A stretch of DNA of 32,342 nt from Candidatus Micrarchaeota archaeon (GTDB taxonomy: Archaea > Micrarchaeota > Micrarchaeia > Micrarchaeales > Micrarchaeaceae), in contig JAGWFU010000001.1 in NCBI GenBank assembly GCA_028867845.1, forward strand, positions 1 to 32,342. The letters are read 5' to 3'. Below are positions 21,029 to 30,339 of the stretch, in pieces. The notes under the pieces are model-generated. The model was not told where the DNA came from. It saw only the letters and a list, made by a program, of their open reading frames with translations, and searched no databases. The position numbers and the translations under genes were made by a program. Position 1 is the first letter of the stretch. Each line of letters opens with the position of its first letter.

Positions 21029-21391
21029 ATGGCTGAGAAACGCACGCTGATTTTCATCTTCCTACTGGTAGGTGGGATCGCAACCGTAATAGGCGGCATG
21101 TTCACCTCGCTGATAGGCCTGCTGTTCCACAACGCATTCAACCCTGCAGGGGCGATGCAGCTTATACCAATATACAACACGTTCAGCTTCTACAGCCTTC
21201 TCGGCATGATATCCGGCATAATGCTCATAGTATCCGCGCTGGAGGTGCACCACAACAGGAAGAAGAACTCGATAAAGTACTGGTCCACCGTCGCGCTGGC
21301 CTTCACCATAATAAGCCTCTTCGACGGAGGAGGGCTCGTCCTGGGATTCATACTCGGCATAATAGGCAGCCTGATCGGCCTCACCGAGTGA
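21029..21391 (+). CDS. Small integral membrane protein (about 4 TM helices), function unknown
   Basis: 120 aa with four hydrophobic stretches (LIFIFLLVGGIATVIGGMF..., FYSLLGMISGIMLIVSAL, WSTVALAFTIISLF, LVLGFILGIIGSLIGL). Codon usage is typical. Confidence 0.6.
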   Translation: MAEKRTLIFIFLLVGGIATVIGGMFTSLIGLLFHNAFNPAGAMQLIPIYNTFSFYSLLGMISGIMLIVSALEVHHNRKKNSIKYWSTVALAFTIISLFDGGGLVLGFILGIIGSLIGLTE

Positions 21392-21422
21392 GAGCCTTTA
21401 TCCTCATATAAGCGCCAGTGGC

Positions 21423-21438
21423 GAAGGCTTAAATAATC
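21423..21438 (+). promoter_or_regulatory. Putative BRE/TATA promoter
   Basis: GAAGGCTTAAATAATC lies about 35 nt upstream of ATG 21468. Confidence 0.4.
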
Positions 21439-21467
21439 CCGACCCTAATTGTTGCTACAGTGTGTGA

Positions 21468-21983
21468 ATGACTGCATTCAGCTCTGTGGCCCACAAAGAC
21501 CTTCCCTCCGACAGCAAGCTCCCTCCTCATTTCTCTTCTGAATCTAGCGAGATACGCAAGAGGCTTACTGAGATCAACGCCTCCACAGCCGAGATACTGA
21601 AGAAGATAGCAGTCAACGGAAAGGAGGCAGCCTACCTTTTCAAGCTCTCAGGCTGCGACTACAACACGATGAGGTACAACCTCAACAGGATAGAATTCGC
21701 GCTGAACAAGGGGCTGAAGCCGGAGTATATCAAGGAGGTGGCGACCGGGCCTGACGGCACGTTCCACGACAAGACATACGCCCTGCTGCTGCTCATAAGC
21801 GACGCTGAGATGAAGATCCCGGACTATCTGATGCGCTCCGGCATAACGGGCACCAAGATAAAGGGCGCCCTCGAGCGCGGGTTCGGCGGAGACATCAACT
21901 ACATGTACCAGACGATAATCAAGGCCATGGCATTCGAGGCCAAAGAGGCAAGGATGCCGATAAGCCCTAGGACAGAAGGCTAA
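21468..21983 (+). CDS. Hypothetical protein
   Basis: 171-aa ORF with window-typical codon usage (ATA, AGG) and a promoter-like element upstream. I recognise no family. Confidence 0.5.
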   Translation: MTAFSSVAHKDLPSDSKLPPHFSSESSEIRKRLTEINASTAEILKKIAVNGKEAAYLFKLSGCDYNTMRYNLNRIEFALNKGLKPEYIKEVATGPDGTFHDKTYALLLLISDAEMKIPDYLMRSGITGTKIKGALERGFGGDINYMYQTIIKAMAFEAKEARMPISPRTEG

Positions 21984-22096
21984 AGAAGCTATCGCAGCAC
22001 AGATAATTCCGGTGGAACCGTGAAGATCTACATGGCAGGCATCGAGTCTGCCGAAGCGCACCAGATTTCAGGCGGCTCTACAATGGCCTGCTCAGG

Positions 22097-22390
22097 GTGC
22101 TCGCGACGAAGGCCGGAGTGCTGGACGTCAACGCGCTTGTGTTCGTAAGCCAGGTTAACATCATAGACTCCAGCGGAGGCTTCAGGGGCAGGGAAAACGG
22201 AATACTTTCTCTTATAAGAATCGGTGTCAGGGGAGGCGATTTGTCCCGGGCATTGGAGGAGGGATACGCTGGCGATGCAGTGGCGTTTTACAAGGGGCTG
22301 ACATCGGGAAACCCTATGGTGCGGCTTGAGCGGATAGGCATAAGGACCGATTACAACGAATTCAGCCTCTCGTCGATGCTGAAGGCCTAG
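22097..22390 (+). CDS. Hypothetical protein with an uncertain start, possibly a paralogue of the C-terminal part of the preceding gene
   Basis: GTG start. The frame is open from 22007 but has no ATG. GVRGGDLSRALEEGYAGDAVAFYKGL resembles GITGTKIKGALERGFGGDINYMYQTI in the 21468 gene. Codon usage is plausible. Confidence 0.35.
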   Translation: MLATKAGVLDVNALVFVSQVNIIDSSGGFRGRENGILSLIRIGVRGGDLSRALEEGYAGDAVAFYKGLTSGNPMVRLERIGIRTDYNEFSLSSMLKA

Positions 22391-22602
22391 CCCCCTTTTA
22401 TCTCCTCCACCTTCACGTCGTCGCCCCCGCCCTTCATCGACTCGCCTATTACGTGCTGTATCCCGAACTTCATCAGCTCTGCCTGGTACTTGGATAGGAA
22501 GACCTTGCGTCCAGCCATGTCCTTTATTATGTAGGCGCCGCTGTCGTCGACGGTCACTATGATGTACTCCTTGCCCTTGCTTATCCTGTAGCTCTTGGCC
22601 AT
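22387..22602 (-). CDS. Small hypothetical protein
   Basis: 71 aa (MAKSYRISKGKEYIIVTVDDSGAYIIKDMAGRKVFLSKYQAELMKFG...). It starts 3 nt downstream of the 22606-22968 ORF, so an operon is likely. Codon usage is typical. Confidence 0.45.
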   Translation of the reverse strand: MAKSYRISKGKEYIIVTVDDSGAYIIKDMAGRKVFLSKYQAELMKFGIQHVIGESMKGGGDDVKVEEIKGG

Positions 22603-22605
22603 GGC

Positions 22606-22968
22606 CTAGCCTTCGCACCTTATGCTCTTGCCGAACTCCAGCCTCTCCGCTATTGCCCCGTCCTCATCATAGACGTAGGCGACTATCGAGATCGGGTACT
22701 CGTCGGGGAAGTTGTTCGCGCTGGTGTACATCCTTATCGGCTTCTGCAGCGAGCCGCTCGGCTTGAGTATGCCTATCCTAGTCCTGCCCACGTTGAGCTC
22801 CTTGTCGTGAGCCAAGGTAAGCGGGTTCTTCACGTTGATGTCGCACTCGCACCAGAAGGTCCTCGCGGCGTCGAGATTCTTCATCAGTATCTTCATCACA
22901 ACCTCGTTCTTGGTGTAGGCCTTCAGCACCTGGGGCTCGAATTCGGTAGTAAGCTCAACGGTCGTCAC
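22606..22968 (-). CDS. Hypothetical protein (beta-rich)
   Basis: 120 aa with a GTG start at 22968. An AT-rich promoter-like region lies upstream at about 23003-23015. No family recognised. Confidence 0.5.
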   Translation of the reverse strand: MTTVELTTEFEPQVLKAYTKNEVVMKILMKNLDAARTFWCECDINVKNPLTLAHDKELNVGRTRIGILKPSGSLQKPIRMYTSANNFPDEYPISIVAYVYDEDGAIAERLEFGKSIRCEG

Positions 22969-23077
22969 AAAATCATCAGTAACCTTAGCAGTGATTACGG
23001 ATTATTAATAAATAAGAAGATATTTATAGATTCGAGCAGAGTAGTTAGCTGTCAATCTATTCCAGTCAGTGCGATAC

Positions 23078-23539
23078 ATGGAGATAAACGAGGCCAACCT
23101 GATAGAGCAGGAGCTGACATTGAGGAACCTCAGGGTGACCAAGGAGGTGGTCGAGACCAGGAGGTCGATAGTCAGGTGGCTGGCCCTCACCTTGGGAGTC
23201 ATCAGCCCCGGGGAGTCGAGGCTCACCGCCATATCCGTGCTGGACTCGGTGTTCTACTTCCAGTTCGGGCAGAGGAAGGACCCCACGGTGGAGGAGATGT
23301 CGGGATACATAAACCAGTCCTGGGGCGGGGAGATAAACGAGAAGACGCTCAGGTATCATCTGCTCCAGCTGAAGAAGGCCAACATAGTGGACAACGCAAA
23401 GGGGAAGTACTTCCTCACCTCGCCGCAGATGGGAGACAGGTATGACGCAGATGCATGGATAACCAATTACATAGATTCGCTTACAAGCCCGATAAAGGAG
23501 AAGACCAGGGCTGTGATAAAGGAGCTGAAGGGAAGATGA
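23078..23539 (+). CDS. Winged-helix DNA-binding protein (ArsR/MarR-like wHTH)
   Basis: ...TVEEMSGYINQSWGGEINEKTLRYHLLQLKKANIVDNAKGKYFLT is a recognition helix plus wing. The start is ATG 23078 (GTG 23069 is an alternative). Its TGA stop overlaps the ATG of the next gene (ATGA at 23536-23539). Confidence 0.6.
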   Translation: MEINEANLIEQELTLRNLRVTKEVVETRRSIVRWLALTLGVISPGESRLTAISVLDSVFYFQFGQRKDPTVEEMSGYINQSWGGEINEKTLRYHLLQLKKANIVDNAKGKYFLTSPQMGDRYDADAWITNYIDSLTSPIKEKTRAVIKELKGR

Positions 23540-25236
23540 TCGTGGAGAAGAACATAACAGTGTACGCAGGGGCGGCCATAGTCGTGGCCGTGATAGTCGT
23601 TGCAGCAGCGCTTCTGCTTTCAACGCCGAACTACAGCATAAGCGTGAAGCTGCTGACGAACAGCACCCCGCCGATCTACCCGTACCAGACCTCCAACTTC
23701 GCCATACTCGTTGCAAACAAGGGATCAGCAGTCAGCAACCTTGTGATAGGCTTCTACCTCAACGCCAGCGAGCTCAACTACTACAAGATATCCATACCCG
23801 CGGACAAGACCGTGCTGATACCCGCTAACTACACATACACGACGAATGGAACATACAGGTTCTCGGCAGTCGCAGACCCCGCCCACGTGCTCTCGATAAA
23901 GGACAGAAACGGGACCACATCCACCAACACGCTCATCGTGACGCAGGCACAGGGTGCCAACATATTCACCTCAATTCCGAACAACAACATAAATTACACC
24001 CAGAGCTTCTCGTTCACGACCATAGGTCTTGAGTCATCGTCAGCGGCAGCCGACAGGTTCAACATATCAGTATTCAACGACCTCTTCGCGATACCGCAGG
24101 CTATAACAGCCAAGATAGGCGAGAACGTATTCCAGGGGACAGCCTACGCCAACGGCGCCTACGCCAGGTACCTGAACGGCAGCGCGGCATACACGCTCTG
24201 GCTGCAGGGAGAGGCAACCCCGCAGCAGGTGCAGTACATAGCATCGACATTCCAGATCCCCTCCGCTCAGGTGGAGCTCCAGAACGCCACTGCTGAGTTC
24301 ATGAAGGTAAGCAACACGACGAGCATGTGCGCCTTCTACAGCAACGGATGGACCAAGATAATATCGTACTACAACAACAGCATGGGATCGTCGTGCAGGG
24401 CAGTGGCAGCCTCGACGTACCAGCCGACTGAGAGCAACACGCTAGTGTCCGCGCTTAAGGCCAACCCAAAGGTCCCTGTATACAGGTCGCAGTTCACCTA
24501 CACCAACTCCACCCTCGTCGGATCAGCGATAATCTATTCCAACAGGACGCTGGGAGTGGCCAACATGTTCTACAACAACTTCGGCTTCTTCACTAGCGTG
24601 ATACAGTCCAACGCAAAGGCCAACTGGTCTGCAAACCAGACGGGCGTCTGCAGGGGACTCTCGTACGACAACGGCACCACTAACGTCTGCTCGGTCTACG
24701 TGGCGCCAAAGGCCGCGGTGAAGGCAAACGGCTACGCCATGGTCAACTCGACGCAGATAGGCGCAAGCTACATACTCCAGCTCTTCTCGCTGGTCAACCA
24801 GACCAACCTGGTCAGCGCGCACGTCAACGCAGTCTCGCTCATAAGGGCGCTCAACATATCGCAGAACACCACAAAGTGGGTCTCCGCGTTCAACAACGCC
24901 TGCAATGTGAACAACTCATCGATACCGTGCAGGGTGACCTCCTTCGACTACGTGAACAACACCGCATACCTGAACTTCACCAACATGCTGGGAGCACCAC
25001 TACATGTGAACCACGCCGCATGCTACGTGCCAGGCGAGCGCCTGAACTTCACGGTCAACGACACGCTGCGCACAGGGCAGTCGCTCAACCTCAGGCTGCC
25101 GTGCACTACGCTGCCGATACCCATAGTCAGCCCGGCCACCAGCTACCTGCTGCAGCTGAACTACACATACAACGGCACTACAAGGAGCGCCAACGGGTTC
25201 CTCAACGTCACTAACCCTGGACTGGGAGGCGGCTGA
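23536..25236 (+). CDS. Large membrane-anchored extracellular protein, extremely rich in N-glycosylation sequons (surface glycoprotein candidate)
   Basis: The start MIVEKNITVYAGAAIVVAVIVVAAALLL gives an N-terminal TM anchor. The 566-aa Asn/Ser/Thr/Tyr-rich ectodomain has about 30 N-x-S/T sequons by my count. No recognisable enzymatic motifs. Confidence 0.7.
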   Translation: MIVEKNITVYAGAAIVVAVIVVAAALLLSTPNYSISVKLLTNSTPPIYPYQTSNFAILVANKGSAVSNLVIGFYLNASELNYYKISIPADKTVLIPANYTYTTNGTYRFSAVADPAHVLSIKDRNGTTSTNTLIVTQAQGANIFTSIPNNNINYTQSFSFTTIGLESSSAAADRFNISVFNDLFAIPQAITAKIGENVFQGTAYANGAYARYLNGSAAYTLWLQGEATPQQVQYIASTFQIPSAQVELQNATAEFMKVSNTTSMCAFYSNGWTKIISYYNNSMGSSCRAVAASTYQPTESNTLVSALKANPKVPVYRSQFTYTNSTLVGSAIIYSNRTLGVANMFYNNFGFFTSVIQSNAKANWSANQTGVCRGLSYDNGTTNVCSVYVAPKAAVKANGYAMVNSTQIGASYILQLFSLVNQTNLVSAHVNAVSLIRALNISQNTTKWVSAFNNACNVNNSSIPCRVTSFDYVNNTAYLNFTNMLGAPLHVNHAACYVPGERLNFTVNDTLRTGQSLNLRLPCTTLPIPIVSPATSYLLQLNYTYNGTTRSANGFLNVTNPGLGGG

Positions 25237-25259
25237 TCTGCAGCGACGTTGGGCCCCGG

Positions 25260-25273
25260 CAGCCCTAAATAGC
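25260..25273 (+). promoter_or_regulatory. Putative BRE/TATA promoter
   Basis: CAGCCCTAAATAGC lies about 25-35 nt upstream of GTG 25291 / ATG 25300. Confidence 0.35.
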
Positions 25274-25290
25274 CCGGCAGCCCATAAGTA

Positions 25291-26043
25291 GTGGGTCTTA
25301 TGGAGGTAGCCCACGAGCACAGGAAGCTCAGCGACGGGGAGATAAGGATAAAGCGCCTCGAGCGCCAGCTCGACCGCATAGGGATATCGAAGTACGTAGG
25401 CAGGGCCAAGCTCGCCTCCACAGTGATAAAGGCCGTAGACGATAACGACTGGGAGAGCATCAAGCAGGTTGTAGGGTTCACTAGGGCATCGAAGGAGTTC
25501 ACCGAGTTCGTCATGGAGCACGAGCCCCTTGCGCGGCTGAGGTACAACAGGGATCCGCTCGCACACGTAGTGCTTAACACCCCCGCAGGCAAGAAGGACA
25601 AGAAGCTCAACTCGCTCGCCATCCAGTCAAGCGACGCAGTACTACTGTCAGTGGACAAATCCGGATACACTCTGGTCACCAGGCTGTGCGAGATAAGCCA
25701 GGCTAACGCGATGAGGATAATATACAAGGGCGACGCCTACCTGCTCAGCAGCAACTCGGACAATACCACTCCCGCGCATTCGATAGCGAGGCTGTGGGGT
25801 GAACTGCTCCCTGACCTTCTACTGAGGAAGGAGGTGGCCGGTGCAGGTGAGGGTGCAAACAAGGTGCTGTTCGTGGCGTACAGCAGGTTCCCTGACAAGG
25901 TAAAGGAGCTTGCCAAGAATCCTATCTACATGGAGGTGTTCAATCAGGTTATCGACCATACTGCCATGCCTTACATCCCATCCCGGCTCGCGCCCGCAGT
26001 GATGGAGATTAGGGCGCTGGTCTCCGACATCAGGCCTCGATGA
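25291..26043 (+). CDS. Hypothetical protein
   Basis: 250-aa ORF (alternative ATG start at 25300) with typical codon usage. No family recognised. Confidence 0.5.
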   Translation: MGLMEVAHEHRKLSDGEIRIKRLERQLDRIGISKYVGRAKLASTVIKAVDDNDWESIKQVVGFTRASKEFTEFVMEHEPLARLRYNRDPLAHVVLNTPAGKKDKKLNSLAIQSSDAVLLSVDKSGYTLVTRLCEISQANAMRIIYKGDAYLLSSNSDNTTPAHSIARLWGELLPDLLLRKEVAGAGEGANKVLFVAYSRFPDKVKELAKNPIYMEVFNQVIDHTAMPYIPSRLAPAVMEIRALVSDIRPR

Positions 26044-26305
26044 AGTCCTTTGCGCCCTTCCCCTCTGGGAAGAAGCGGCCGTTCTGGGTCTCTACAGGAA
26101 GACCAAGCTCGTTTGCGATCCTCTTCAGCTCGCTCATGTCTATCACCCGGTCGAGGTAAAGCTCCACGAACTCCTCCTGCCCCGCCCTGATGCGCTTGAC
26201 GTTGAATATCTGGAACTGCAGCATGCCCGCACGCTTGACCTTTATCCTTATGCTGCCTTCCTTCACTATCCGCCTTGCCTCATCGCTCAACATCAAATCC
26301 CTCAA
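26030..26305 (-). CDS. Small hypothetical protein
   Basis: 91 aa from TTG 26305, or 87 aa from ATG 26293. It is convergent with the 25291-26043 ORF, overlapping it by 14 nt. It is divergent from nuoH, and the two share an AT-rich promoter region. Confidence 0.45.
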   Translation of the reverse strand: MRDLMLSDEARRIVKEGSIRIKVKRAGMLQFQIFNVKRIRAGQEEFVELYLDRVIDMSELKRIANELGLPVETQNGRFFPEGKGAKDFIEA

Positions 26306-26310
26306 TGATA

Positions 26311-26340
26311 GATTTATTAATGACAGATAGTATTTATATT
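26311..26340. promoter_or_regulatory. AT-rich divergent promoter region (nuoH on +, the 91-aa gene on -)
   Basis: GATTTATTAA (26311-26320) is about 33 nt upstream of nuoH ATG 26349. The reverse complement of 26331-26340, AATATAAATA, is about 30 nt upstream of the minus-strand start at 26305. Confidence 0.35.
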
Positions 26341-26348
26341 CGATTCAG

Positions 26349-27389
26349 ATGGACATCAGCTCGCCCTTCATAAGCACCTACTACTCGATGGTCCATTCGT
26401 ATCTCTCGCAGTACCTCGCAGCCGCGCAGCTCGCAGCCGCGTCGGTCATAGCGGGACTGGTGGTCTTCCTCATCGCGCTCTCGATAATCATAATCGGCTT
26501 CTCATACATCTTCGCATGGCTTGAGAGGAAGATAGTGGCAAGGGCGCACGGAAGGCACGGGCCCACATACGTGGGGCCCTTCGGCTTCCTCCAGAACATA
26601 GCCGACTTCATCAAGCTGCTGTCGAAGGAGAGCATAGTCCCCTACAGCGCAGAGAGACCGCTCTTCCCGATGATGCTGCCGATCATGTTCGCCCTGTTCG
26701 TGGTGATAATGGCGTTCATCCCGCTCACAAGCGCGTTCGTTGGGATAAACACCAGCCTCGGCCTGCTCGCGGTGTTCATACTCCTCTCGTTCAGCCCGCT
26801 CTTGATGTTCCTGATCGGCTGGACCAGCGGCAACAAGTTCTCGTCTATAAGCGCGCAGAGGTCTGTGGTGATACTCGTCAGCTACGAGATACCTATGTTC
26901 CTGGTCGTGCTCGCGGTGGCGATGCTTGCGGGGAGCTTCAGCTTCAGCTCGATAGTCAACTTCCAGTCAAGCGGCTGGTTCTTGCTCATGATGCCGATAG
27001 GCATAGTAGTGTTCTTCATAGTGCTGCTCGCCGAGCTGGAGAGGCCGCCGTTCGACCTCAGGGACGCGGACAGCGAGCTGATAGCCGGCTGGCTCGTGGA
27101 GGTGAGCGCGCCCTACTACCTGATCTCGCTGATGCTGGACTACACAAGGGTGCTCGTAGGCTCCCTGCTAGTCTCCATACTGTTCCTCGGCGGGTGGCTT
27201 GGCCCCGCCCCGATTCCACCCTTTGTTTGGCTTATGCTCAAGGTGGCGCTGCTCACGATATTCATAATGGTGATAAGGGCAACAACGGTGAGGATGAGGA
27301 TGGACAGGGTGCTCAGGCTGGGCTGGGCATACCTGATGCCCCTGGCCGTAGCTAACCTATTAATTACCTTCATGTTATTCATTAGATAG
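26349..27389 (+). CDS. nuoH: NADH-quinone oxidoreductase subunit H (ND1)
   Basis: WLERKIVARAHGRHGPTYVGPFGFLQNIADFIKLLSKE and ELERPPFDLRDADSELIAGW are hallmark NuoH motifs. Eight or more TM helices. Confidence 0.92.
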   Translation: MDISSPFISTYYSMVHSYLSQYLAAAQLAAASVIAGLVVFLIALSIIIIGFSYIFAWLERKIVARAHGRHGPTYVGPFGFLQNIADFIKLLSKESIVPYSAERPLFPMMLPIMFALFVVIMAFIPLTSAFVGINTSLGLLAVFILLSFSPLLMFLIGWTSGNKFSSISAQRSVVILVSYEIPMFLVVLAVAMLAGSFSFSSIVNFQSSGWFLLMMPIGIVVFFIVLLAELERPPFDLRDADSELIAGWLVEVSAPYYLISLMLDYTRVLVGSLLVSILFLGGWLGPAPIPPFVWLMLKVALLTIFIMVIRATTVRMRMDRVLRLGWAYLMPLAVANLLITFMLFIR

Positions 27390-27396
27390 TGGTTGG

Positions 27397-27768
27397 ATGG
27401 CGGCGAACCCGGCAAAGCCCATAATCGAGGTGCTCAAGCAGATAGTGAGCAAGCCCTACACCATGGAGTACCCGGAGAACAGGGAGTCACTGACGGACAA
27501 CTACAGGGGGATTGAGAAGCTGGACATGAAGACATGCATAAGCTGCTCGGCCTGCGCCAGGATATGCCCCAACAACACTATCACCATGGTGGACGTGGAC
27601 ACGGACAAGGGCACAAAGGTGATGCCGGAGATAAACATCGAGCGGTGCCTCTTCTGCGGCCTATGCGAGGAGGTCTGCCCGCCCAAGTGCCTCGTGCTTA
27701 CCAAGAGCTACGACTACGAGAAGTACGACAGAAGGGAGTTCGTTAAGAGACCTGAAGAGCTTGACTGA
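27397..27768 (+). CDS. nuoI: NADH-quinone oxidoreductase subunit I (2x[4Fe-4S] ferredoxin-type)
   Basis: CISCSACARICP and CLFCGLCEEVCP are two CxxCxxCxxxCP motifs. Size and operon position fit. Confidence 0.9.
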   Translation: MAANPAKPIIEVLKQIVSKPYTMEYPENRESLTDNYRGIEKLDMKTCISCSACARICPNNTITMVDVDTDKGTKVMPEINIERCLFCGLCEEVCPPKCLVLTKSYDYEKYDRREFVKRPEELD

Positions 27769-27776
27769 GTGGTGAG

Positions 27777-28256
27777 ATGGATTACGTCCTCTTGTTTGCG
27801 GCAGTAGCAACTCTCGAGGTAATATCCGCAATACTCATATTCGCCTTCAGGAACGTGCTGCACTCGGTGCTCGCGCTCTCGATGACGTTCCTGTTCAACT
27901 CCGTGCTCTTCCTGGCGCTGCAGCAGACCATGCTCGCGCTGATACAGCTGTTCATAATGGTGGGAGGAGTATCGACATACATATTCGTGGGAGTCGCATC
28001 GTCAGGGCTCTCGAAATTCAAGCACACCAGCTTCCTGGCGCTGGCGATAATGGCTCCGATACTGATAGTGGCCTACGCCACCAACCTGTTCTACATAGGG
28101 CAGGGCACCGCTGTGCAGCAGAACGAGCTCTCAGGCCCGATGATAAAGGCATCACTCAGCTCTGACACCGGCACTCTTTACATAATCGCATTCGTCCTTT
28201 TCGCCACAGGCGTATCGTCTATAGTACTGCTCAAGGGGATAGGTGCAAAGAGATGA
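27777..28256 (+). CDS. nuoJ: NADH-quinone oxidoreductase subunit J (ND6)
   Basis: 159-aa polytopic membrane protein between nuoI and nuoK. The N-terminal pattern AFRNVLHSVLALSMTFLFNSVLFLAL..TMLALIQLFIMVGGV is typical. Confidence 0.85.
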   Translation: MDYVLLFAAVATLEVISAILIFAFRNVLHSVLALSMTFLFNSVLFLALQQTMLALIQLFIMVGGVSTYIFVGVASSGLSKFKHTSFLALAIMAPILIVAYATNLFYIGQGTAVQQNELSGPMIKASLSSDTGTLYIIAFVLFATGVSSIVLLKGIGAKR

Positions 28257-28552
28257 TACTGATATACTTCGTGGCCCTGAGCTTCTCGCTCTTCGCCATA
28301 GGCATAGCCGGCGTCGCAGCCAGCAGGCACTTCCTGATAATGATGCTGTCAGTTGAGGTTGCTATAATAGCAAGCACGCTGCTCGCAACCGTGTTCTTCT
28401 ACTTCACCGGAAGCGGCGACATAGTCACCCTTCTGCTTAGCATGTGGGCAGTGGCATCCATGGAGGTGGTGGCGCTCATAGCCTTCTACAGGTACCTCTC
28501 CGCGAATGAGGTAAGCCTCGACGTGTCAAAGCTCTCAAAACTCAAGAATTGA
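28253..28552 (+). CDS. nuoK: NADH-quinone oxidoreductase subunit K (ND4L)
   Basis: 99 aa with 3 TM helices. Conserved Glu residues lie in TM2/TM3 (MLSVEVAI..., ASMEVVALIAF). ATGA overlap with nuoJ. Confidence 0.88.
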   Translation: MILIYFVALSFSLFAIGIAGVAASRHFLIMMLSVEVAIIASTLLATVFFYFTGSGDIVTLLLSMWAVASMEVVALIAFYRYLSANEVSLDVSKLSKLKN

Positions 28553-28556
28553 TAAG

Positions 28557-30335
28557 ATGCTCGCAGCTTTAGTGATACTTCCGATGGTCGTTGGCGCATT
28601 CGTTGCGCTGATACTGGGAAGCCGCAACAGGTACACGCCCTACATAGCCCTCGCCTCCAGCATAATCTCCCTCATAATCGCGGCCTTGATGCTAAACTCG
28701 CCGCAACAGTCGCAGAACGTCGCCTGGTTCACTCTGGGAACCAGCTCATTCGTGCTCAACTTCGCGCTAACTCCGATCCACATGCTGCTCCTGATGATAG
28801 TCGCGGTAATAACGCCGCTGATACTCACGTACTCGATAGGCTTCATGAGGCTACCCAGCGAGCGCAGCAGGTACTACTTCGAGATCCTTCTCTTCGCCTC
28901 ATCCATGATGCTGTTCTCAATCTCTGGAGGTTTCCTCACCCTTTTCATAGGTTGGGAGCTCTTGGGCGTGACTAGCTACCTTCTGATAGGCTTCTGGTAC
29001 GCCAAGGAGCTGGCCCCCACTGCTGCGAGGAAGGCGATAACGACTATACTGATAGGAGACCTGGCGATGTTCGGCGCTATGCTGATGCTCTGGAACTCCT
29101 ACGACTCGTTCAGCTTCGCAGTGATACAGAACGTACAGCACAGCACAGCCTCCACTGTCGCGCTCTCGCTCATACTGGTCGCGGCGTTCACCAAGTCGGC
29201 ACAGTTCCCGTTCAACGAATGGCTCCCAGACGCGATGGAGGGGCCCACTCCGGTCTCTGCGTTCCTCCACTCTTCGACCATGGTCAAGGCTGGAGTATTC
29301 ATGGTGGCGATACTCCTTCCCATATATGCTGGATACGGCATGCTGATGCCGATACTAGCCATAGGCATAATATCGACGGTGATAGGAGCCACCAATGCGC
29401 TCGCCTCGACCCACATAAAGAGGATACTGGCATACTCCACAATTGAGGACCTCGGACTCATGTTCATAGCCCTGGGCCTCAACGCCTTTGGGGCAGCGAT
29501 AATCCTTTTCGTCATGCAGACCTTCTACAAGGCGCTGCTCTTCATGAACGCGGGCGCGATAATGAAGTCCAACAGCACAGAGGAGGTATGGAAGAGCTAC
29601 GAGAGCAGGTCGTACAGGCCGCTCTTCATCTGCGCGGTAATAGGAGCACTCTCGCTCGCAGGCCTGTTCCCTCTCAGCGGGTTCTTCGGGAAGCAGTCTG
29701 TAGAGGGCGCGAGCATGTCCAACATCCCAGTCTACGCCATCCTTGTTGTTGTCCAGCTCATTACAGGGCTGTATATATTCAGGTGGCTGCTGATTCCTGC
29801 AAGGAAGGCGCCCGATAGCCTTGCCCCGAAGGTCAGGGGCGGATTCAAGGCGGTCCCGATGGCGATGAAGCTGCCAATTTATATCCTTGCGGCGTTTGTT
29901 GTGGTCGCATCAGCACTGTACTTATTCGTACCTAGTTACATTGATGCAGTCGTACCGCCAATAAGCCTTCCAGGCGCAGCAGCCGCAACGATACTCGTCA
30001 TTGCAACGCTGCTGGTATCCTACTATGTCTATCTCGGCAAGAGCGCAATCAAGGCGGAACAGTACCTCTCCAGATACAGGAGGCTGGCGATACTGCTCTA
30101 CAACAACGTCTTCATAAACCTGGGATACATCTGGGTGGCAAAGCTGTTCAACGGAATAGCCTACGCGGTCGACAGGTTCGACTACTGGGCTTACGGGAAA
30201 GTAAAGCTAATAGCTGGCTCGCTCAACGGCATCGGGCGTATGCTGTCAAGGATGGAGTCTGGCAACGTAACCACCTACGCAGTGGCGTTCGTGGCTGGGC
30301 TCACAGTGCTGATAATAATATTCGGGCTGTTGTGA
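28557..30335 (+). CDS. nuoL: NADH-quinone oxidoreductase subunit L (ND5)
   Basis: 592 aa. GWELLGVTSYLLIGFWY, KSAQFPFNEWLPDAMEGPTPVSAFLHSSTMVKAGVF and the long C-terminal extension (lateral helix) are NuoL hallmarks. Confidence 0.92.
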   Translation: MLAALVILPMVVGAFVALILGSRNRYTPYIALASSIISLIIAALMLNSPQQSQNVAWFTLGTSSFVLNFALTPIHMLLLMIVAVITPLILTYSIGFMRLPSERSRYYFEILLFASSMMLFSISGGFLTLFIGWELLGVTSYLLIGFWYAKELAPTAARKAITTILIGDLAMFGAMLMLWNSYDSFSFAVIQNVQHSTASTVALSLILVAAFTKSAQFPFNEWLPDAMEGPTPVSAFLHSSTMVKAGVFMVAILLPIYAGYGMLMPILAIGIISTVIGATNALASTHIKRILAYSTIEDLGLMFIALGLNAFGAAIILFVMQTFYKALLFMNAGAIMKSNSTEEVWKSYESRSYRPLFICAVIGALSLAGLFPLSGFFGKQSVEGASMSNIPVYAILVVVQLITGLYIFRWLLIPARKAPDSLAPKVRGGFKAVPMAMKLPIYILAAFVVVASALYLFVPSYIDAVVPPISLPGAAAATILVIATLLVSYYVYLGKSAIKAEQYLSRYRRLAILLYNNVFINLGYIWVAKLFNGIAYAVDRFDYWAYGKVKLIAGSLNGIGRMLSRMESGNVTTYAVAFVAGLTVLIIIFGLL

Positions 30336-30339
30336 GAAG

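Noticed and set aside
21984-22096. A possible frameshifted 5' end for the 22097-22390 ORF (ATG 22032 opens a 38-codon frame, while the 22097 frame is open from 22007 without an ATG).
   Set aside because: There is no sequence similarity to support joining the two frames. A GTG start at 22097 is sufficient. The evidence is too weak to call a pseudogene.
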